A stretch of 32,273 nt of DNA from Octopus sinensis (GCF_006345805.1 NW_021832736.1:1-32273), one strand, 5' to 3'; counted from the stretch's first letter, positions 22,666 to 31,905 are shown. Program-made: numbers and translations. Notes: a model not told the origin generated them from the sequence alone.

Positions 22666-23077
22666 TATAAATTTTAAGGTTTTCCTGCTTGTGCTGGATA
22701 AATAAATGGTACTGAATGTGGGAAAGAAAAAATTATCTGTGAAAAGTAACGGGTGACACAGGAAAACAAATGATAATAAATTAGCAACGGCCAATGTAAG
22801 GAGAAAATTAAGAAGACCACCACAAGATTTGTAAAACGGGGATTGTGCAGGAACAGAGACTGAAACCTATATACAAACACATATAAGTGTCGGTTCCTGT
22901 GTAAATGCAAAGCAAGCAATGATTGACAACGATGAAGGCAAGAATCGCTGAAAAGGAATGTCGTATGGTATGTACTCTGCTTCAGTCATAAGTCTTTATG
23001 CCCTAGCTTAAGTATCAGCATTCGCCCCTGATACACCCCCCACACACACGCACACACACATGACATGTATATATAGT

Positions 23078-23381
23078 GAAGGTAGGTGGCTTGGGCTCAC
23101 GATCGTCGTGAGTTCAATTCTCGGCGCCGCATTGTCTCCTTGAGCAAGACACTTTATTTGACGTTGCTCCTGTCCACTTAGCTGGAAAAAATGATTAGTA
23201 CCTGTATTTCAAGCGGCCAACCTTGTCACATTCTGTGTCACGCTGAACCTCCCTGAAGAACTACATTAAGGGAGCACGAGTCTGTGGAGTGCTCAGCCAC
23301 TCGCGCTTTAATTGCACGAGCAAGCTGTTCCATTGGTCGGATCAGCTGGGATCCTCGTCGTCGTAAACGACGGAGTGTTCT

Positions 23382-23383
<2 letters not shown>
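23078..23383 (+). mobile_element. SINE family C (head type 2, CORE-like)
   Basis: GAGTTCAATTCTC B-box, TCCTTGAGCAAGACACTTTA CORE-like motif, and the 3' module shared with 14172-14537. Ends in (TA)n. Confidence 0.85.
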
Positions 23384-23413
<30 letters not shown>

Positions 23414-23414
<1 letters not shown>

Positions 23415-23565
23415 CATACATATAAGAGTGATGACCACTACGTGGACATCCATTATGCTAGAAGCAGATCCGCTATGGTCTTCCTTTTTTAGTGGTAAGA
23501 CCATAGCGGATCTACTTCTAGCATAATGGATGTCCACGTAGTGGTCATCTCTCTTATATGTATGT
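23414..23565. repeat. Near-perfect palindrome (69-bp arms, 14-nt loop); possible hairpin MITE
   Basis: 23414-23482 is the reverse complement of 23497-23565 with 2 mismatches. Confidence 0.95.
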
Positions 23566-23779
23566 AATATAATTGTTATGAATCTTCAGATTTTAATATG
23601 CTAGACCACTAGTTTTAAATTGATACTAAGCAAATTAATATTCAAGTTTTCACCCTTATTTTAAGTTTATATATATATATATATTAATAAAATATAGAAA
23701 ATACACACAGACACATACATATATATGTTTATATACGCATCATTTTATGCTTATAATATGCATATATATATATATATAT

Positions 23780-24000
23780 GATAGATCGTTAGCCACTACA
23801 CACATTTTTTTTCTCTCCTTTTTTCTCTCCTTGTTTCTCTCCTTGTTTTTTTTCTGTGTACCTTTCTGTAGAAGAGCGTAGGCTAGAAACGTATAATACT
23901 TTTTCTATTCCTGAGCGTTATACTAATACATCTATTTGTTTTGTACACCACCTGTCTTCGTCTTTTGTTTTGCTTTTTTTTCGTAAACTTTCCCTATATA
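23780..24000 (+). mobile_element. Penelope-like terminal-repeat remnant with a decayed hammerhead-like motif (23862-23897)
   Basis: CTTT-CTGTAGA-A-GAGC-GTAG-GCTA-GAAAC-GTA. Homologous to 30421-30535 on the minus strand. Confidence 0.55.
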
Positions 24001-24022
24001 TATATATATATATATTATATCT

Positions 24023-24067
<45 letters not shown>

Positions 24068-24076
24068 ATATATATA

Positions 24077-24274
24077 TGTTCCCATATAAAAGTGGATGCT
24101 GTGTTAGAATACTCGTGTTTTTATAGCTAGAGGGAACGGTAGCGGACGATGTTCTCCCACTAGCGACATAAATACGAGTGGTTATATTTACCACACGTCT
24201 ATATGAGAGGTTTTCTCGTGGTAAATAAAGCAGTATTCTGGTTCTAACACAACAGCCACTTTTACGAAGGAACA
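24077..24274. mobile_element. MITE-like element with ~40-bp imperfect TIRs and two internal hairpins
   Basis: 24077-24113 is an imperfect reverse complement of 24232-24274. Inner inverted repeats are 24111-24137/24151-24179 and 24185-24194/24218-24227. Confidence 0.7.
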
Positions 24275-24287
24275 AATATTACCCTTA

Positions 24288-24372
24288 TGTGTGTGTGTGT
24301 GTGTGGTGTGTGTGTGTGTGTGTGTATGTGTGTGTGTGTGTGTGTGCGTGCGTGCGCGTGTGTGTGTGTGTA
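24288..24372. repeat. (TG)n microsatellite
   Basis: Direct observation. Confidence 0.95.
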
Positions 24373-24566
24373 CGTTCCGTTTTCTCGAAGGACCGAGGTA
24401 TACGATGCCTGAAAACGTCATAATAGACTGGAACACTTTCCATCGGTCAACACTTAGCCAGGGCTGACCAATAAAAGTAATAAAAGCCACCTAAATAGCA
24501 ATTCTTTCTTCACGTTTGTATGTCCGTCTGCTTTACAACCTCTCTTTCTGTTTTTCTCCCCTCTTT

Positions 24567-24569
<3 letters not shown>

Positions 24570-24623
<54 letters not shown>

Positions 24624-24640
24624 ACTCTCTCTCCCTCCTC
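24570..24640. repeat. (TC)n microsatellite
   Basis: Direct observation. Confidence 0.95.
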
Positions 24641-25559
24641 TATTTCTCTTGTTCGTTTACACAGGCTCTTTCTCTCGGACGCTATGTTCCTTCTTTGAGA
24701 TAAACTTATTCCGAACACATATTTCGTTTCCGTTCCACAAGTCATAGAATGAAAACAAACAAACAAACAAACAAAAGCAAAATACCATTAAGATATTTTC
24801 AGATCTTTATTATTGAAATGCCTAAAGAAACAGGCGATATTTTTAATATATAAATAGATGGATGAAAATGAAAAGTACCAAAAGAGATATCGCTGCAATA
24901 TTCTATGTATTTACAGACAAAACACCAAAGAAAAAAAAGAGTTTGTTAATAAGCAAAGTAAATTGGTAGAAGAAATATATTGATCACAGATATTGGGAAG
25001 CTTTCAATTGGAAAATGGCTATTTTCTCAGACAGACTAACATGGCGGCAAATTTAGTTGGAGTCTGCGCAGTAATTGCACCAAATAATATAGCAATCAGA
25101 AAAGAAAAAGAGATAGTGAAAGAGGGAGAGAGAGATTGAAAGAATAAATAAGAGGCAACGAGAGATTCAGAATAAAATTTAAGATTAAAACTTCAAATCT
25201 AATCAAATGATAGATTTATTTTAGAAGAATTAATAAGATACGGTTGCGTATGTTGTTAACGTAATCACATAGTTGAAAGCGCATGCGTATCTATAGTAGT
25301 GTGTAACTTGTCTCATGGATTTTACCCGAAAGTGAAGTCAATTTTTCTTCTTTAATCTTCTGCCATGTTTTACAAAGTCATATTGAGAGAAAGACGATAA
25401 ATCGACATTTTCATTGAATTTATAACTTGTTTATTTAATAAATATTTCAGAGTGATTTCGATCACATTGACAAGAAAAAATTAAATGTTACTTGAAGTTC
25501 TAGACATTGGTTTTGTTGATGTAGCTGTTGTTGTTGGTATTATTAAGCACTCGGTTAAC

Positions 25560-25650
25560 TTTGATCAAATAAAGACCTATGATCAAAGCGATCTAATTAT
25601 GACCCTTGCAACCTATTTTCAGACACATTTTATCCAAGACTGCATTACCC
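25560..25650 (-). mobile_element. SINE family D 3' fragment
   Basis: AGACCTATGATCAAAG is the reverse complement of the CTTTGATCATAG(A/G)TCT motif at 30125-30140. Confidence 0.45.
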
Positions 25651-25685
25651 AATAAGACACTGTTGCAAATTCGGCTAATACTTCT

Positions 25686-26100
25686 TATTTAAAATTTTTT
25701 TTTATTGCCCACAAGGAGCTAAACATGGAGGGGGCAAACAGGGATAGACAAAGGAATTAAGTCGATTACATCGACCCCAGTGTGTAACTGGTACTTAATT
25801 TATCGATCCCGAAAAGCTGAAAGGCAAAGTCGACCTCGGCGGAATTTGAACTCAGAATGTAGCGGCAGACGAAATACCTATTTCTTTACTACCCACAAGG
25901 GGCTATATAAAATGTAAACACAGGCTAAATTAAGTCGACTACATCAACTCCAGTGCGTAACTGGTACTTAATTTATCGACCCCGACAGGATCAAAGGCAA
26001 AGTCGACCTCGGCGGAATTTGAACTCAGAACGTAACAGCAAACGAAATACGGCTACGCATTTCGCCCGGCGTGCTAAGGTTTCTGCCGGCTGGCCGCCTT
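25686..26100 (-). mobile_element. SINE family A dimer inserted as one unit (full unit 25879-26100 plus truncated unit 25686-25878)
   Basis: Same junction as the other dimers. A single 16-bp TSD TTCGG(C/A)TAATACTTCT lies at 25670-25685 and 26101-26116. Confidence 0.95.
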
Positions 26101-26405
26101 TTCGGATAATACTTCTAGTAGACTGAGTCACCACGTAGAGGCCTCTTCTTCGGTTGGCGCAGAGTTTCTTTTGCTGGATCACACAAAGGCCCCATCAGAG
26201 CCTCTTATGGGAGAAACCCTCCATGGTTTGCTTAGCAGTTCTCTCTTAGCTCCGATAGCAACTCCAGTGACGGTACGTGAATATTTCTCAACGGTTTGAG
26301 TCTTCTGGAGCAGTGTTTCACAAGGTGGGGGTGTGACATTATTTTGGTGGGGCGTAAGTAACAAATGAAATTTCAGAATGAGACGTAAATAACAAGCATT
26401 AAACT

Positions 26406-26798
26406 CTCTTTTACTCTTTTACTTGTTTCAGTCATTTGATTGTGGCCATTCTGGAGCACCACCTTTAGTCGACCCCAGGACTTATTCTTTGTAAGACTAG
26501 TACTTATACTATCGGTCTATTTTGCCGAACCGCTAAGAACAGCATCAGTTGTCAAGTGATGTTGGGGGGGGGGGACAAACACAGACACACAAACATATAC
26601 ACAAGAATACATATATGTACATATACATATATACGACGGGCTTCTTTCAGTTTCCGTCCACGAAATCCACTCACAAGGCTTTGGTCGGCCCGAGACTATA
26701 GTAGAAGACACTTGACCAACATGCCATGCAGTGGGATTGAACACGGAACCATGTGGTTCATAAGCAAGCTACTTACCACACAGCCACTCATACGCCTA
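26406..26798 (-). mobile_element. SINE family B (tRNA head plus CORE-like domain), near full length
   Basis: On the minus strand: TGGCTGTGTGG A-box, GGTTCCGTGTTCAATCCC B-box region, TTGGTCAAGTGTCTTC CORE-like motif, and a (GTAAAAGA)n tail. TAAACT occurs on both flanks. Confidence 0.93.
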
Positions 26799-26899
26799 TA
26801 AACTGCTACATAAATATTCTTTTGAACACACATATACACACACACACTTGCGCGCGCGCACATATCAACGTTTGTTTATATATGAGTTATAACAGATAA

Positions 26900-27045
26900 A
26901 AAACTTGTTTACGTTCCCGTAACTTAGCGGTTCAGCAAACGAGAATAAATAGAAATAAGTACTGACAACAAGTTGTTCGACTAAACCCGTTGAGATGAAG
27001 CTCCAGCATGGTCGGTGTCCAATGACTGAAACAAGCAAAAGATAC
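26900..27045 (+). mobile_element. SINE family B, 3' half
   Basis: CCCGTAACTTAGCGGTTCAGCAAA...GCTCCAGCATGG...AATGACTGAAACAAGCAAAAGA. Confidence 0.85.
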
Positions 27046-27074
27046 CATCCTATTCTCAGCGCATGTGAAATACA

Positions 27075-27478
27075 AATGTGTGGCATGGCTGTGTAGTAAG
27101 AAGGTTGCTCCGTATCCACGTGGTCCCGGGTTCAGTCCAATAGCGTGAGACCTAGGGCAAGTGTTTCTACTGTTACTCCGGGTCGTACAAGGCCTTATGA
27201 GTCTTGATAGACAGAAACTGAAAAGAAGCCCATCGTATATATATATATATATGGAGGTGGGGTATTTTTGTGTCTGTGTCACCCACCGACGCTTGACACC
27301 GGTGTTTGTGTGTTTACGTGGTGTAACTTAACGGTTCAGCAAAAGAAACCGATAGGATAAGTACAAGGCTTAAAACATAAATACTGGGGTTGATTCGTTC
27401 GACAAAAATTCATCAAGGCGACGCCCCAGCATGGCCGCGGTCTAATGACTGAAACAAGTAAAAGAAAGATAAAAGATA
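27075..27478 (+). mobile_element. SINE family B, full length, diverged
   Basis: TGGCTGTGTAG A-box, GGGTTCAGTCC B-box, CCTAGGGCAAGTG CORE-like motif, and tail CCCCAGCATGGCCGCGGTCTAATGACTGAAACAAGTAAAAGA. Confidence 0.9.
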
Positions 27479-27580
27479 TATATATATATTCTCTGTGTGT
27501 ATATATATATATTCTCTGTGTGTATATATATATATTCTGTGTGTGTATATATATATATTCTCTGTGTGTATATATATAAT
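27479..27580. repeat. ~23-bp minisatellite [(TA)n TTCTCTGTGTG], 4 copies
   Basis: Direct observation. Confidence 0.85.
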
Positions 27581-28208
27581 ATATATATGTAACATACTTT
27601 ACACATTTATTTCTCTTTATTGTGAACACACACACACACATACACACACGTACACACAAGCAAACGCACATAGGCACATATACACATACACCTATACATA
27701 TATACTGATAAATGTATTCGACCATTTATATATTATCAGCTCACATATCATAACCAACTCCTCACGTTTCTCTCACAAGTCTGAACTAAACACCATTCTG
27801 CTATTTACAAACACAAATACACAAACTAACAACTTGACGTATTAGAGTGGTGTATCCTTTTTGCCATCTCATTATACGGATTAGACAGAGAGACAAAGAA
27901 AAACAAGCCAATACGATATCGTTATACAGAAGAACATGTGCAACACTAGATCTCTCACTCTCTCGCATACACACACACACACACACACCACACACACACA
28001 CACACACACACGCACACATACGTATGAATATAAAATGTGTGTGCGTGTATTAAATAGCAAGCCAGATATCACGTTATATTATCTCACTGGACGGAAACCA
28101 TCAATTTCTTTTCTTTTCTTTTCTTTTCCTCGCTGCTTTTGCTTTCAGACTCTTTTTTACTCAAAGTCTGATTCTGTGCCAATTTTGACAAACTAAATTA
28201 AAATTATG

Positions 28209-28335
28209 TGGAGGCACATGGCCTAGTGGTTAGAGCAGTGGACTCGCGGTCGAGGGATCGCGGGTTCGAATCTCAGACCGGGTGATGTGTGTGTTTATGA
28301 GCGAAACACCTAAGCTCCTTCGGCTCCGGCAGATT
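28209..28335 (+). mobile_element. SINE family C head type 1, 5' part only
   Basis: GGAGGCACATGGCCTAGTGGTTAGAGCAGTGGACTCGCGGTCG...GGGTTCGAATCTC is closely similar to the head at 14172. Confidence 0.85.
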
Positions 28336-28419
28336 GGGGAGTACCCCATAGAAGGTCCATCTTGGTTTTTATTTACCCTTAATTGTTGTTGTTGTTGTTG
28401 TTTTCTATTCTTCTCACCA

Positions 28420-28535
28420 GGCTAGCTTTACATAATCCAATGTGCTTTAGTATATATGAAGATAATCGTTACCTATTTTTTTAATGCGTTTGAGGAAGAA
28501 CTGGCTATTATTTCTTGCAAGGTTGAGAAAGCGTC
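28420..28535 (-). mobile_element. SINE family D fragment
   Basis: TTTGAGGAAGAACTGGCTATTATTTCTTGCAAGG is an approximate reverse complement of the segment at 29925-29960. Confidence 0.45.
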
Positions 28536-29087
28536 CTTCATTGCCCCAAATTTGTTGCCGTTTTTGTTTTATCTAATTATCAAAATCATGTTTTATTTAA
28601 TTAGCAAATTTTAGAAAAGTTTATTAGTTTACATATTTAGGTCATCAGTTATGATGGAAGGCATCGAACCAAAATAGATTTTGGTGATCACTCTGCGAAC
28701 GTTGACTGTAATAAAATTAATAATATTGATGCTATAAAACGATAACTTTATAGTCAGTTTTCTCCCTCACAGCGGCACACGTCACGATATAACTAACTAA
28801 CTAACTACCTAGGTAAATACTGCTATGAATACAGAATAGACATAATTTTAGCTCGACCAAGCACTATCTATTTATTGATTATCAATAAATAATTGAAAAT
28901 GAGAATATAGAAGAAAAAAAAACGAAGAGAAAGAAAAGACAATCAGGATAAAAAAAAGCAAAGTACACACACGATAAAAATGAAAAAAAAAAAGAAGAAA
29001 ACAGATATTGTATTAAACATTCAGAACTGGTAGAATATGTTTAAGCTAAGCACTGGTGTGAAGTGAAGGGAATATTATAGCTGTAGC

Positions 29088-29240
<153 letters not shown>

Positions 29241-29899
29241 ACACGCAAGAGCTTTTGGTGTTAGGGGGATTTTTTTTTCTATTTGTGCGTGTTATGAAGA
29301 GTTGGAGGACAACGAATGCCGACGTAGAAATTTATCTCCAGGCAATGTCAGACCAAAAGCTGATGCGGTGAAAATTATTTTGGAATCAAATAAAAATCTT
29401 GACAGGAAAAATAGCAAAAACCGAAAATGGGCTTTCGAAAGTTGACACGAATTTTGGATTTGTCTGTGATTAACGATCTCAGACAAGACTGCTAACAATT
29501 TCAAGGAATTTTTAAATGACGAAAAAGCATTTTTATTTTTAACACTGTTATTTTTTTCCCTGAATAGAACTTCAAACGATTATCAAAGAGCTGAGATCAC
29601 AGGTGGAAAAAAAAGAATCAAAAGTAAAATTCAAACATTAAAAAACCCAAATAGTCTTTTGCTAGTACTTTGCTCTGTGATTAACCGTATCAGACTTGAT
29701 AGAGAACAACTTTTACATAATGAAAAAAAATCTGTTTTACAACTATTGGCAATCTTTACTAACAGAACCTCAATTAAAAAAAGCATTTTTCACTTACAAG
29801 CAGTGGGAGTATTGAAAACGTGATGAGTGATTTTGTTTGTATGAAACACAGAAAGGAATTAAATATATTATGCCAGCAGCACCATCATCGCAACGACGG

Positions 29900-30160
29900 G
29901 CACTTTTATCAGTAGCCAAAACGGTCGCTCGATTTGCTGCAACAAATTCCTCTCAGATCACACACCATTGGCTTGAAAGCGGAAATACACGATACATTAG
30001 ACAATGAAGCTCAAGGCATCGGAACACCGACGGGATGCTCACGACTGGAATCTCTTTGATCAGAGATTTGTTCAAATAATATTAACTTGGACTGCAACAA
30101 ATAACAAGAGCAGGAATAGAACGCCTTTGATCATAGATCTGCTCAATTAAGACTGGTTTT
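29900..30160 (+). mobile_element. SINE family D, degenerate, with a duplicated 3' motif
   Basis: GACGGGATGCTCACGACTGGAATCTCTTTGATCAGAG, with a second GGAATAGAACGCCTTTGATCATAGATCTGCTC. Confidence 0.5.
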
Positions 30161-30169
30161 GCGTTAAAC

Positions 30170-30420
30170 CAGAGGATCTCAACAGGGGTCGATATGACAC
30201 TGAGGAATCCACATGACCCTTGGATTCCATATAAGATTTTGGTTGTTAAAGCTTATGCGCAATAAATGGGTTATGGTTCCTATAACAATTTCTTATTTCA
30301 GTTTTTACAATATTTAAGTATGAAAACATAAAAGGCTTTTTTAAAACATTGAATGGGTATGAGGACCCAGTTGTGTAAAGAGGGAATCAAAAGTGCCCAT
30401 AGGCAAAAAATACTTAAGCA
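30170..30420 (+). mobile_element. Probable hAT-type non-autonomous DNA transposon remnant
   Basis: Begins CAGAGGATCTCAAC (similar to the CAGGGGTTCTCAAC hAT TIR) and ends CCATAGGCAAAAAATACTTAAG, a typical right-end pattern. The TIRs are decayed. Confidence 0.45.
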
Positions 30421-30535
30421 ATAAGGACAGATATATGGACAACATGCAAGTGTAATAGTTTGACACTCGGGAAAATAACAATGTCTTTTACATTACGAGC
30501 CTACGCTCTTCAGCAGAAAGAATTAAGAGAAAAAA
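30421..30535 (-). mobile_element. Penelope-like terminal-repeat remnant with a decayed hammerhead-like motif (30485-30520)
   Basis: Minus strand reads CTTT-CTGCTGA-A-GAGC-GTAG-GCTC-GTAAT-GTA-AAAG. Stems I and II are perfect; the core is mutated. Confidence 0.58.
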
Positions 30536-30560
30536 TGATTTTAAAAGAATAGCGTTCAGA

Positions 30561-30620
30561 GAGATCACGAAGTTTCGGCCTCCTTAGCCTTCATCAGCGA
30601 AAACTTCAAAGTCACTTCTA
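30561..30620 (-). other. Inverted partial hammerhead motif (core and stem II at 30572-30597) followed by a + strand stem III/cleavage-site remnant
   Basis: Minus strand CTGATGA-A-GGCT-AAGG-AGGCC-GAAAC-TTCG. Plus strand 30599-30619 GAAAACTTCAAAGTCACT resembles 31615-31631. Confidence 0.55.
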
Positions 30621-30730
30621 ACGCTGTTCTTTTGAAAGAATAACAAATATGTAGTCAACAAAAGGTGATGACTAATCGTACAGTTTAATGTATATTGTTT
30701 TTATTGTAACTCGAGATGAAAAGAAAACCG

Positions 30731-30827
<97 letters not shown>

Positions 30828-30831
30828 TGTA

Positions 30832-30893
<62 letters not shown>

Positions 30894-30895
30894 TG
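30731..30895. repeat. (TA)n-(TG)n-(TA)n-(CA)n compound microsatellite
   Basis: Direct observation. Confidence 0.95.
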
Positions 30896-31157
30896 TATAT
30901 GGAAAGAGAGAGAAGGATTAGTAAATTCCTGTGTGAATTTATTTGACATTTACGTCAGGGTAGGACTTTGTTATTTGTCAGATAAAGTCATGTTAACAGG
31001 ATATTAATCATATCACATGATATCGATTCCACGTTGTTTAAAAAAATTATTAAAAATATCAAGGAACTTTTCAATGTAAGAAACGAAACAGCAACCAGTT
31101 ATACATAGATATCCTGGCATGTGAATGTGTAAGAGTTCGTGTGTGTGTGCGTGTGCA

Positions 31158-31158
31158 A

Positions 31159-31224
<66 letters not shown>
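31158..31224. repeat. (GATA)n microsatellite
   Basis: Direct observation. Confidence 0.97.
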
Positions 31225-31227
<3 letters not shown>

Positions 31228-31230
31228 GCA

Positions 31231-31279
31231 TGACAATCCGATGATGACTTAGCTGATTGAAACTCCGAAGTCACTGTCA
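31231..31279 (+). ncRNA. Decayed type I hammerhead ribozyme motif, same family as 31589-31634
   Basis: TGACAAT-CCGATGA-(decayed stem II)-GAAAC-TCCGAA-GTC^ACTGTCA. Confidence 0.5.
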
Positions 31280-31439
31280 GTACAATTCTTATTAAAGAAT
31301 AATAAATTTATACTCTTCCAAATGTATTGAGTAATCTTTTAATTTAATGTAATTTTTTTAATAATATAAAAACAAACATTAATATATGAGCAGGTATGTG
31401 TGTGTATGTATACAGTGTGTATGTATACAATACTTCTAT

Positions 31440-31458
31440 CACCACCATCACCACCACC

Positions 31459-31489
<31 letters not shown>

Positions 31490-31540
31490 CCACCACTAAT
31501 AATACTGCTGCTGCTAGGCTACTACTACTACTACTACGAT
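31440..31540. repeat. (ACC)n, (GCT)n and (CTA)n trinucleotide repeats
   Basis: Direct observation. Confidence 0.93.
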
Positions 31541-31588
31541 TACTGTTACAAAAAAGAGGTGATACGAAGTTTCGGCTTCCTTTGATTA

Positions 31589-31634
31589 GACAGTTCGATG
31601 AAGGCTTGCTGGCCGAAACTTCGAAGTCACTGTC
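31589..31634 (+). ncRNA. Type I hammerhead ribozyme motif (predicted; core variant TCGATGA)
   Basis: GACAGT-TCGATGA-A-GGCT-TGCT-GGCC-GAAAC-TTCGAA-GTC^ACTGTC: perfect 6-bp stem I, stem II, palindromic stem III ACTTCGAAGT and a GUC triplet. Confidence 0.68.
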
Positions 31635-31814
31635 ATACCTCTTCTTCTGTATTTGTATGTCTGTGTGTGTGTGCCCAACTCATACAGCGTGCTTCAAAAT
31701 AGCGGTGTATATAGTATTTTCAATTTACTTACAAAATCATGGACAGTTGCACGCGATTGTTCCAGTCTTGGATACTTGTGTTCGAAATGTGTCTCATCAA
31801 TAGGAGAAACACTG

Positions 31815-31905
31815 CACACGCACGCACGCACACACACACACACACACACGCACACACACGCACAAACACACACTTACACACACGCGCACACACACTCACA
31901 AACAC
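31815..31905. repeat. (CA)n/(CACG)n microsatellite
   Basis: Direct observation. Confidence 0.93.

Noticed and set aside
29290-29445. EELEDNECRRRNL resembling the LINE ORF1 'LENRSRRNNL' motif
   Set aside because: The similarity is confined to about 10 residues and the expected downstream RRM pattern is absent.
31396-31803. Poly-Thr/poly-Pro ORFs
   Set aside because: They are produced by (ACC)n and (CTA)n microsatellites and run into the hammerhead-bearing repeat.
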